Source: a virus (lineage: Duplodnaviria; Caudoviricetes). Taken from it: a DNA stretch of 64,000 bases. Both the position numbers and the translations under genes were made by a program. Location: the IMG/VR virus record IMGVR_UViG_3300033067_000910, positions 6,023-70,022 of that record. One strand, given 5' to 3'. The notes below the pieces were generated by a model, which was given only the letters and a program-made list of their open reading frames with translations, ran no database searches and had not been told where the DNA came from. This document shows positions 46,502 to 54,258 of this stretch, piece by piece. Every line of letters starts with the position of its first letter. The first letter of the stretch is position 1.

Positions 46502-47208
46502 ACAATCTCCGTAGAGGAATCATAATGACCGACGAGAACGCTACAGTCGACAGCGCACCTGTATCCGTGCTTCCTAAAATCGTTCCAGGCATAGAGATCT
46601 TGAGTGCCAACTCCCTCTGCCCCGGCAATCGTCTTGAACCATGGCTTACGAAGACGATCATCCTTGAACATGGAGATGCGCCAGAGGTTGAAACCCATTC
46701 CCGTGCCGCAACATTCGAGAAGCTTCCCCGGCTCTGGCGGTTGCGGACGGAAGTTAACAATCGGATCTTTTGGATCACCCCAGATTTGGGGCTGACCACC
46801 CTCACCTTTGGTCCAATACAGTCCTCCAATACACGACAACTCCGGATGAGCTTCCATCTGTTTGATGAGTTCGATCACCCCGTCAGCCGGGGGGATGTTG
46901 TCGTGCTCGATCGTCAGGATGAATTCCCAAGTGGAAAGCTCCGGATGCGCAAGGACCTGCTCTATAGCGTTGTTGTACGCTTCACCCACTTCTTGTCCAA
47001 GGGCGAGCATACGGAACACGGGTTGATTCGGTGGAAAGATAAGTGACCAATGAGTGAGAGCAACCTTAGTCGGAATATCCCGTGCCGCAGGCATGATGAC
47101 TACGATGCGCTGCTTCTTCCAGCTAGCGCCCTCGAGGATGCGCTGGAACGAGTTCTCGATATTCTCGTTATGCTTGCCGACACCAATGGTGACGAGTTCG
47201 GGTTTCAT
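46495..47208 (-). CDS. GT2-like (GT-A) glycosyltransferase
   Basis: IVVIMP, AYNNAI, ILTIEHD (DxD variant), GTGMGFNL, PWF, TQD..., D..V.VGH. Confidence 0.75.
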   Translation of the reverse strand: MKPELVTIGVGKHNENIENSFQRILEGASWKKQRIVVIMPAARDIPTKVALTHWSLIFPPNQPVFRMLALGQEVGEAYNNAIEQVLAHPELSTWEFILTIEHDNIPPADGVIELIKQMEAHPELSCIGGLYWTKGEGGQPQIWGDPKDPIVNFRPQPPEPGKLLECCGTGMGFNLWRISMFKDDRLRKPWFKTIAGAEGVGTQDLYAWNDFRKHGYRCAVDCSVLVGHYDSSTEIVW

Positions 47209-48074
47209 CAGAAGGTACCCTTCATGAACACAATCTGCGGTGGACGCATCTGAGCGGAAGCCGTTTCGCGAATATCAGAGATACCCACACTCGCAGGTAG
47301 TGCTGTGGAAGTAGTGGTCCACACGCCGTGACCAGCAGAGAGCTGAGCAGAACCTGCGGTCAGGGTAGAGCCAAAGAACCCGTTGACACCCGAGTTCACC
47401 TGTGAAGCCAGCATCTGAGACGCAGAGAAAGCGCCGCCCGCTGTAGTGGTGCGGCTCAGGATACCAATGACGGCACCCGGAAATCCCTGGAAAGTCGTAG
47501 TCCACGGGAAAGAGATAATACGGAGACCCGTGATGAGCGAGTTCTGACCCGTTCCCTGGAATGACTGTGACGTAGATCCAGAGGTAGAACCCCACAACGA
47601 GAGGGAACTTCCGCTGAATGTATAGATGCCAACATGGAATGAGAGTGTGACGGTACCCGTCTGACCAGTAGTGGCCGATGCCTGAATAGGCATGACGATA
47701 CGGTCAAACTGGATATCGGGCATATTCCAGCGTTGAAGATGCAGAGAGCCTTGGCCCACCTGTCCCGCAACCATCGGACTCTCTTTAAACTCATTGTAGG
47801 CGGTTGCCAGAGAAGGTCCGCTAATGATCAAAGAGCTGTTAGAGATACCAAGTTGAACACCACCAGCACCAGAAAAACGGAGCTGAGTACCTGTGAATGT
47901 AGATTGATTGATTGTATTTCCAGTGAGAGTAAAAGCGAGGATGTGGCCGCTATTCCAGTCAGACGGACGCGGCACGGCAGTCGCTGCGATTGTGGAAGTG
48001 GTAGTACCATTCCAGATCGTAGCTGTGCCGGTCGCATCCGCCTGTGTATTCGAGAAAGCATGCGTTACAAGCAT
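47208..48074 (-). CDS. putative virion structural protein
   Basis: 288 aa, Ser/Thr/Gly-rich, beta-rich. Confidence 0.65.
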   Translation of the reverse strand: MLVTHAFSNTQADATGTATIWNGTTTSTIAATAVPRPSDWNSGHILAFTLTGNTINQSTFTGTQLRFSGAGGVQLGISNSSLIISGPSLATAYNEFKESPMVAGQVGQGSLHLQRWNMPDIQFDRIVMPIQASATTGQTGTVTLSFHVGIYTFSGSSLSLWGSTSGSTSQSFQGTGQNSLITGLRIISFPWTTTFQGFPGAVIGILSRTTTAGGAFSASQMLASQVNSGVNGFFGSTLTAGSAQLSAGHGVWTTTSTALPASVGISDIRETASAQMRPPQIVFMKGTF

Positions 48075-48077
48075 GAC

Positions 48078-48701
48078 TTACAGCGCCAGTGAATACGTCA
48101 CATTGAGCGTATCACCGCTGACTACCGCACGGGAGCCACCGGAGAACGTGCCCGTTGAAAGCAGCACACCCGGAGAGGCCGCTGTGTCGGACTTAGTCGT
48201 GACAGCCGAAGCACCAATGGCGAGGAATACACCCGTGATGGTGGCCGAGCCGTTGATGTTGAAAGCCACGGCGGATGACGTCGCCTTGGAGCCAGCCGAC
48301 GCAGCCGAGAAGGACGGGGTCGGCCTGTTCGCATTGGAATAGACGACACTTTCGACCTGCGGCGACGGGGTCGCATACGTGCTGGAGGCGTTACCCACGG
48401 TCGTGTGCAGACCCATACCGATAGCGGCATAGGCAGCACCCAGACCCAGAAACTTGTCGAGCATGGCATTCTTGCCCTCGGTCGTAACCGTATTCGGGCA
48501 TTCGACAGCCCATTTCAGCTTGCCATTTTTATCATAGCAAGTGACATGGAAGATACCTTTCGGGTTAAGGAAATCCTCAACCCGCTGGTTCATGATAAGG
48601 CTAGCCCCAGCCTGTGCTGTAGCATTCGCCTTTTCGGACTGAGCCGTGGCCGCAGCCCTGAGTGCCTTCAGGAAATTGAAGGTGTAAGTGACGATTTTCA
48701 T
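48078..48701 (-). CDS. conserved virion structural protein
   Basis: G..KW.....NTVT.EGKN..L...R.V.SGDTLNVTY motif. Confidence 0.7.
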   Translation of the reverse strand: MKIVTYTFNFLKALRAAATAQSEKANATAQAGASLIMNQRVEDFLNPKGIFHVTCYDKNGKLKWAVECPNTVTTEGKNAMLDKFLGLGAAYAAIGMGLHTTVGNASSTYATPSPQVESVVYSNANRPTPSFSAASAGSKATSSAVAFNINGSATITGVFLAIGASAVTTKSDTAASPGVLLSTGTFSGGSRAVVSGDTLNVTYSLAL

Positions 48702-49261
48702 TCCACCCTCACAGCCTGAATAGAGTTCATGAGGTTTGCGTAAGCATCCTCATACTTCTTGCGAGCCTCCAGTGCCGCCAGCTTTTCGGCATCTGCGTCA
48801 GCCTGTGCTTTCTCAGCTGCGGCGGTTGCTTTCTTGAGCTCGGCAGTGGCCTTTTTGGACTCAGCTGCTGATGCTTTAGCCTCAGCCGTGGCGTCAGCCA
48901 CCTGCTGATCAAAAGCCGCTGTGCGAGCTTTGAGGTCGGCCTCTTGAACTTGAAGGGCATTGACTCGGGCATTGATCCCATCCTGAGCCTTTGTCGTGAG
49001 TTCGTCTGCCGTCTGCTGAGCATTCGCAATGATTTCAGCAGCCTTAGCCTTTGCCTTATCGAGGACATCCTTGGCCTTAGCTCTGGCATCCGTTGCTTCG
49101 TCAAAAGCGTCTTTCGCCGCCTTGCCGAAATTGAAAGCGGCAACCGCCTCTTCCATTGCAGTCTTAGCCGCATAGAACGAGTCCATGCGAGCAGTGAAGT
49201 TAGCACCACCCTGAGCGATTACATCGAGTTCAGAGGGGCCATTATCAGCAGAAACGCCCAT
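48698..49261 (-). CDS. Ala/Lys-rich coiled-coil protein
   Basis: 187 aa, heptad-rich. Confidence 0.7.
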   Translation of the reverse strand: MGVSADNGPSELDVIAQGGANFTARMDSFYAAKTAMEEAVAAFNFGKAAKDAFDEATDARAKAKDVLDKAKAKAAEIIANAQQTADELTTKAQDGINARVNALQVQEADLKARTAAFDQQVADATAEAKASAAESKKATAELKKATAAAEKAQADADAEKLAALEARKKYEDAYANLMNSIQAVRVE

Positions 49262-49264
49262 GGC

Positions 49265-49588
49265 TTACCCCGATGTATCGGTCGCCTGAATAACGGTCAG
49301 CGTGATGCTGCCTGTATTCGCGGCGGCATTGAGACGAATGGCGGAGACAGGAAAAGCGTAGTTGCCATCCTTATTCGCCGTCTGAGCAGTCAATCCGGTA
49401 TTGGGGTACCAAGTCGGAGTGACCGTTGTGTCCCAGATGTCGTCGAACGTGTGCTCCACCGTGTAGGTACCCGTTGCAGAAACAACGACACCCATACCCA
49501 CGTTGAAGGGGTTCTGATTGACATCCATAGGGATGGGGGCCGTAGCCCCCGTCGCCGATCCAGTTAAGGACCTTGTGACCCTGCGCAT
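49265..49588 (-). CDS. putative structural protein
   Basis: YTVEHTFDD...P.SAIRLN motif in the capsid operon. Confidence 0.7.
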   Translation of the reverse strand: MRRVTRSLTGSATGATAPIPMDVNQNPFNVGMGVVVSATGTYTVEHTFDDIWDTTVTPTWYPNTGLTAQTANKDGNYAFPVSAIRLNAAANTGSITLTVIQATDTSG

Positions 49589-49603
49589 AGCAGCCCTCCC
49601 GGA

Positions 49604-50320
49604 TTACAGAGCACCGTTAAGGGCAGCGAACGTAGCGTTAGGACCAACCTGAAGACCCGTCAACATGATACCAATGACGAGACGACGGACACCGTTGGAG
49701 GCGTTAGCCGAGGGAGTGTACATTCCACGAGCGTCGGTCGTAGAGGCCGTGGCCGGGGAGGTAGCGTCCGCAGCGACGAAGGTGCCTGCATCCGAAGCCA
49801 GCGTGGAGTTCCACTTGACCGAGGCGATGTAGGCCACGTTCGAGACCACCACAGGCAGGCCAAAACGGTCAGAGCTACCCACCGAGAGGTTGCCCGCCAT
49901 GGTGGCTGAGACCACCACCGACGTCACCGTCTTGAACGCTTTATCGAAGATAACGGTAGAGGTACCGTTCAGCGTCTTGACAGCGGTGATCGTATAACCG
50001 TTGATATCGGTACCCGTCAGGGTCACGGTCTGCGTGGTGTCGCCAGCGTTGGAGCTGACAATGTTGGGGCAGCGGGCAACATCAAGGGTCGCAACGCCAC
50101 CGGAGGCGGAGGCACCGTTGATGAGGGCTGAGACGTTGGTTCCGGAGATGGCCTGAGCAGCACACACCGCAGTTGCGGACAGAGTCGCTGGGACAATGTC
50201 GTAAACGTAGATACGACCAAGAGGGCCAAAACCACGAGAAGGAGGAGCGGACCCAGCGGCTCCCTGCGTCTGGCGGCCGAGGACCGGGCCAAGCCAGAGA
50301 TCATCATCAAACTGCGGCAT
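49604..50320 (-). CDS. putative minor capsid/decoration protein
   Basis: Follows the major capsid gene; KAFKTVTSV motif; beta-rich. Confidence 0.65.
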   Translation of the reverse strand: MPQFDDDLWLGPVLGRQTQGAAGSAPPSRGFGPLGRIYVYDIVPATLSATAVCAAQAISGTNVSALINGASASGGVATLDVARCPNIVSSNAGDTTQTVTLTGTDINGYTITAVKTLNGTSTVIFDKAFKTVTSVVVSATMAGNLSVGSSDRFGLPVVVSNVAYIASVKWNSTLASDAGTFVAADATSPATASTTDARGMYTPSANASNGVRRLVIGIMLTGLQVGPNATFAALNGAL

Positions 50321-50368
50321 TGTCTTCTCCTTGAAGAGCTTGACGTATAGAGGGTATCGTGCGCCGAA

Positions 50369-50390
50369 GGGAGGGGCTTGAACCCCTCCC
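50369..50390 (-). terminator. hairpin after the major capsid gene
   Basis: GGGAGGGG-cttgaa-CCCCTCCC; weak U tract. Confidence 0.4.
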
Positions 50391-50404
50391 CCAAGCGGTC
50401 CGGC

Positions 50405-51319
50405 TTAGGTGCCGGGCGTACCGAAGATCGAACGCCAGTCGGTCCAGCCGATGTCATAGCGCTCGGTAGCCTTGTAGCGCATGGAGTCGGTGTCGAAGTC
50501 ACCTTCCATACCCTTTTGCAGCGGACGACGCATCATCAGCTTCAGACCCTCGGGCGCATCCGTCTGGACCCACCACGCCGTAGCGGAGGTGAGACGCGAC
50601 AAGTTGGCCTGACCCTGCTTCAGCAGACCCATCGAGTTGATGGGGTTGATGTCGTTGTTCGCCGTACCGGTGCGCAGCACCGATTTCAGGATAACCTCGC
50701 CCTGGAACACGTTGCTCGGAGAGAGCACGAGCTGAACAGGGGTGAGGTTGATGCGCTTGCCGTTCGCGTCCGTAGCGTTACGGATCTGAATCAGCATCTG
50801 CTCCAGAGAGGTCTGGGACAGAGCAGCCGAGGTCGTCAGCTGGTTCGAAGACGTACCCGTCACAGTCGGATGCGAGGTAGAGATGAGCGAAGCACCATCG
50901 CCACCAAGATACGAGCCGTTGAAGGCACGGTTCAGGATGTTAGCTGCCAGCGTCTCCTTAGTCTCGATCAGCGACTGAGCGAGGTGACGGGAGTACGTGG
51001 AGCCAATACGGATGTGGTCGCCGTCTTCGACAAGGACCTGCGTGAGAGCGAAGCCCAGACCGTAGACGCGGTACACATACCGCTTGATGTAGAGCACACC
51101 ACCCTGCTCATAGGTGACCGGCATACCGTCCGGAAGCTCCGGAGCGGTGCCGAACCCGTACAGGACAGGCTCTTCGTGATAGGCGCGCGGAGTGCCGGTG
51201 ACCTGACGGAACACCTGCTTCCACTCGTCTGCACGCTGGTCGTAGATACCGTTGAACTCTTCCGTGAGAATCGGCTCGACGATTGCACGAAAGTCGGTAC
51301 TGCGCATCGGGACTGCCAT
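50405..51319 (-). CDS. major capsid protein (HK97 fold)
   Basis: 304 aa; GFG.APE...G....Y...YGLGFALT..L.EDG...AANILNRAF...DG..L.S..HP; highly biased codon usage. Confidence 0.88.
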   Translation of the reverse strand: MAVPMRSTDFRAIVEPILTEEFNGIYDQRADEWKQVFRQVTGTPRAYHEEPVLYGFGTAPELPDGMPVTYEQGGVLYIKRYVYRVYGLGFALTQVLVEDGDHIRIGSTYSRHLAQSLIETKETLAANILNRAFNGSYLGGDGASLISTSHPTVTGTSSNQLTTSAALSQTSLEQMLIQIRNATDANGKRINLTPVQLVLSPSNVFQGEVILKSVLRTGTANNDINPINSMGLLKQGQANLSRLTSATAWWVQTDAPEGLKLMMRRPLQKGMEGDFDTDSMRYKATERYDIGWTDWRSIFGTPGT

Positions 51320-51332
51320 CGGTCAATCTCCC

Positions 51333-51908
51333 TTAGACTGCGACTTTGTTGGAGATGTACTGATGACGCGCGATCTGCACGTTGACAACCGTAAAGGCGT
51401 CACCCCACGCATTGCCCGGATCAAGGAACAGGTCGATGATACGGAACTGACCCTGCACGCCGACGCCCTTGAGCGAAGCGGAAAGAGTCGACTGCGAGGT
51501 ACCTGTGTAGACCGAGCCGTTGGAGACGTTCGAGACGTCTGCCTGATCGCCACGCGCGGTCGCAGCGACGGAGCCGTCGGCCTGGACCTTATAGACGATG
51601 TCTGGATCGGTATACACATAGGCGGTGCAGGTTCCAGCGTCGTAGGTCGCCGCAGCGGGCCAGTTCGGCTGGATGATCGGGCGACCACCACCGGCAGGAG
51701 TATACTGGACACCGGCGAAAACACCGAGAATATCGGCGTTCGAAGTGCCAGCGGTAATCGTACCGTTGGTGTTCAGGATGACCGGCATACCCGCGTAGAT
51801 CGCGGTACCGTATGTAGAAGCGATGCCGTCCGGAAAAGCCTGCGCCCGAATGAGACCACTCGGGTGATAGATAGGCTTGAAACCGAACGGGGCGTTGACA
51901 GCAGACAT
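51333..51908 (-). CDS. capsid decoration/cement protein
   Basis: NAPFGFKP...GVF.G..Y...DPDIVY.VQ motif; directly upstream of the capsid gene. Confidence 0.7.
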   Translation of the reverse strand: MSAVNAPFGFKPIYHPSGLIRAQAFPDGIASTYGTAIYAGMPVILNTNGTITAGTSNADILGVFAGVQYTPAGGGRPIIQPNWPAAATYDAGTCTAYVYTDPDIVYKVQADGSVAATARGDQADVSNVSNGSVYTGTSQSTLSASLKGVGVQGQFRIIDLFLDPGNAWGDAFTVVNVQIARHQYISNKVAV

Positions 51909-51911
51909 TGC

Positions 51912-52454
51912 TTACCCCGTGAAAGTTGGAGGTTTGACAGATTGACGCAGGGTCTGCATTCCGTCGTATTCCTCAAGATCCGCTTCAACGGCCTGTGCAT
52001 CCGCACGCATCCGATCAACCTGTTGCTTCAACGTCTCTTCCTGACGCAGGGGCTCTTTATGATGCATCTCTGTCATATAGAGCTGGTAGAGCGTCTCTGG
52101 AAGTTTGAATGCCATCATCTCATTGATAGTGATGACATCACCGAACGACGTTCCGCGCTGCACCGAAGTCTCATGAAAATTGAATTCGGGCAGTTCTTCG
52201 GGACGGATGGGGGTATAGCCAAGGCGCATGCGCTGGACAATGCTATCACGACTGTTATTGGCGGCGAGCCAACAGACGTGAAACCCCTTGATGGGAGGAA
52301 TATCGGGCAGGATCGCCTGCGAGTACATTCCCCGGAGAAGCTCCACACGAGCAGCGTCGGAAATCTCAACATTCTGAGTGACGGCAAGATCACTCGCAGC
52401 GTGAGCAGTACGATTGTCTGCTTCGGGCTTCTTCAAACGGTTATCTTCGGCCAT
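51912..52454 (-). CDS. conserved head-operon protein
   Basis: PPIKGFHVCW...RMRLGY.P motif. Confidence 0.7.
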   Translation of the reverse strand: MAEDNRLKKPEADNRTAHAASDLAVTQNVEISDAARVELLRGMYSQAILPDIPPIKGFHVCWLAANNSRDSIVQRMRLGYTPIRPEELPEFNFHETSVQRGTSFGDVITINEMMAFKLPETLYQLYMTEMHHKEPLRQEETLKQQVDRMRADAQAVEADLEEYDGMQTLRQSVKPPTFTG

Positions 52455-52464
52455 GGTACGCTCC

Positions 52465-53412
52465 TTATCCAGCGCGCCGCTGATTCTGCTTATCGAAATC
52501 CTTGTAGGCTTTGATCATTCGCGCCTTGCGATCGGGATCTTCCCATGCGCCAGCGTCCTTGATAGCCTGGACTCTTTCAGCAGAGAGTTGGAAATTGTCA
52601 CCCTTGGCACCGCCAGCGGCTCCAGCCACCGGAGGACCGCCCCTCTTGGGGGGAGGCGACAGCTTGGCAATGGCTTCACCAGAACGTTTAGAAAGCTCAC
52701 GCCAGAATTCACGTGTGTTGGGGTCCTTGCCCTCACGCATCAAGGTCTGTTCAGCCTGACGAGTGGCGGTGGACCGGGGGTCCGTGGAGTTGTAGTCGAA
52801 CCAAGGATTCGCTGCGGCCCATTCCTGCGCCAAGCTGCGCGCCACGGGCGCGTCCTGCTGCTGTCGCGTTTCCTGGACCTGCTGAGTGGCACCAGCGGTC
52901 GGGCGCTGTCCACCCTGCTGCAACCTACCTATTTCGCGCTCCAGGGCTGTCTGAGCCCTGCTGGCCTCGTCACGGTATCGGAGCGCCTTGGTCAGTGCTT
53001 CGCCATCACCGCGATTCGTAGCATCTGCAATCTGCTGTTCCGCTACCTGAAGATGCTGTTTAGCCCATCCGAGACGCTGCTCTACAGACTGAGCATAGGT
53101 CTGCTGGACGGTGCCGCCCATGGATTCAAGGATAGCGCGGATCTGACGATTGTCTTCGCGAAGCTGATGAAGCTCGGCCTGTGTCCGCTCACGGGCGGCA
53201 CGCTGACGCTCTTTTCGACGCTGACGTCGAGCACGAGCCTCTTCCTGTGGGTCTTCAATCTGTTCGTGAGCGACGCGTAGGTCTTCACCTTCGTCGTCAT
53301 CGTCGTCTTCGTCTGCGAGACTGGCAGGGGTATTTCCTGCGTCATCCCCTGCCTCCTGATTATTCTCAGGAGCAAGCTCTTCGTTCTGGTCGTCTTCGAG
53401 ATCGGCACTCAT
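52465..53412 (-). CDS. scaffolding protein
   Basis: Acidic N-terminus, coiled coil, WAAANPWF, C-terminal LSAERVQAIKDAG. Confidence 0.7.
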   Translation of the reverse strand: MSADLEDDQNEELAPENNQEAGDDAGNTPASLADEDDDDDEGEDLRVAHEQIEDPQEEARARRQRRKERQRAARERTQAELHQLREDNRQIRAILESMGGTVQQTYAQSVEQRLGWAKQHLQVAEQQIADATNRGDGEALTKALRYRDEASRAQTALEREIGRLQQGGQRPTAGATQQVQETRQQQDAPVARSLAQEWAAANPWFDYNSTDPRSTATRQAEQTLMREGKDPNTREFWRELSKRSGEAIAKLSPPPKRGGPPVAGAAGGAKGDNFQLSAERVQAIKDAGAWEDPDRKARMIKAYKDFDKQNQRRAG

Positions 53413-53828
53413 CCCATGTATCCTCTCATCGCGAGGGGGTCATGCACGATACCAAGAACCTCATGGTCCTTAAGCATCGTGAATTCCGCCTTGACGTCTT
53501 CGGACACCTTGATGGTGTACCTGTCGCCAAGATACTTAGGGACACGAACGTAATCGCCGACCTTGTACCAAGCTCCTTCTTTCCAGGACTCGCCCGTTGA
53601 GCGATTCTTGAAAGCTAGCTGTCCGAGTGCGACGACCTTGGCCACCTGACAGTTGTCTCCCATGGTGGCCTGTGCGTTGAGCGAGATTACAAGACCCGAT
53701 TTGGTCTTGGTAGGCTCATTGCGGATCTGCAAGAGCACGCGCTCACCAAGAGGCGTCATACCCGGATTAACATCCGGAAAGGCCTCTTCCAGTGATTGGT
53801 CAAATGTGACCCTAGCGACGGCGTTCAA
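53409..53828 (-). CDS. groES: GroES-like co-chaperonin
   Basis: PLGERVLL...KTKSGL...KVVALG...KVGDYV...LKDHEVLGIV. Confidence 0.85.
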   Translation of the reverse strand: MNAVARVTFDQSLEEAFPDVNPGMTPLGERVLLQIRNEPTKTKSGLVISLNAQATMGDNCQVAKVVALGQLAFKNRSTGESWKEGAWYKVGDYVRVPKYLGDRYTIKVSEDVKAEFTMLKDHEVLGIVHDPLAMRGYMG

Positions 53829-54013
53829 AGATGCTTTTCCTTCTCATCTGCCTCTTCAAGGAGCGAGCGGATCGCTTGCTTGGCGAGTTCCAGACCAGCA
53901 TACTTGCCAGTCTGGGTCCCGTGATCAAATGGATCCTTCGCCGGCTGTTTCATCGACTCGGTTGCAATCTCGAGTTGCAATAGTTCGAGTCGTCGAATCA
54001 ACACTTCAAGCAT
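53825..54013 (-). CDS. conserved small protein
   Basis: 62 aa; G.Y.GL..A...I motif; coupled to groES. Confidence 0.65.
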   Translation of the reverse strand: MLEVLIRRLELLQLEIATESMKQPAKDPFDHGTQTGKYAGLELAKQAIRSLLEEADEKEKHL

Positions 54014-54042
54014 GATATAGTGACCTGTCTATACTTGACAAG

Positions 54043-54258
54043 TCACTTTTTCTTGCCATGAATCGGATGCATGTTCTTGGTCGTCCCCGGCACATTGTTT
54101 GCGGATTTCTTGCCAGCATATCCGCTCATATTGGACGCAGTGCCCTTGACGTTGCCGGACTTGGCGCCGTACGAGATAGAATTGCCGGGGGCACAGAGCT
54201 TCTTACCCTGACCCGTGGCCAGAAGGTTGTGCGAAGTAACCTTGGGGAGCGACATCAT
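54043..54258 (-). CDS. small basic protein
   Basis: 71 aa, coupled to the portal stop. Confidence 0.6.
   Translation of the reverse strand: MMSLPKVTSHNLLATGQGKKLCAPGNSISYGAKSGNVKGTASNMSGYAGKKSANNVPGTTKNMHPIHGKKK

Noticed and set aside
26103-50353. CCTCTAT motif on the sense strand in three intergenic regions (about 26104, 43334, 50347)
   Set aside because: A 7-mer is expected several times by chance and it also occurs inside genes; not enough to call a late promoter.
54020-54051. Inverted repeat GTGACCTGTC/GACAAGTCAC with a T-run
   Set aside because: The T-run is on the non-coding (+) strand and the stem overlaps a stop codon; its role as a terminator for the late operon is unsupported.
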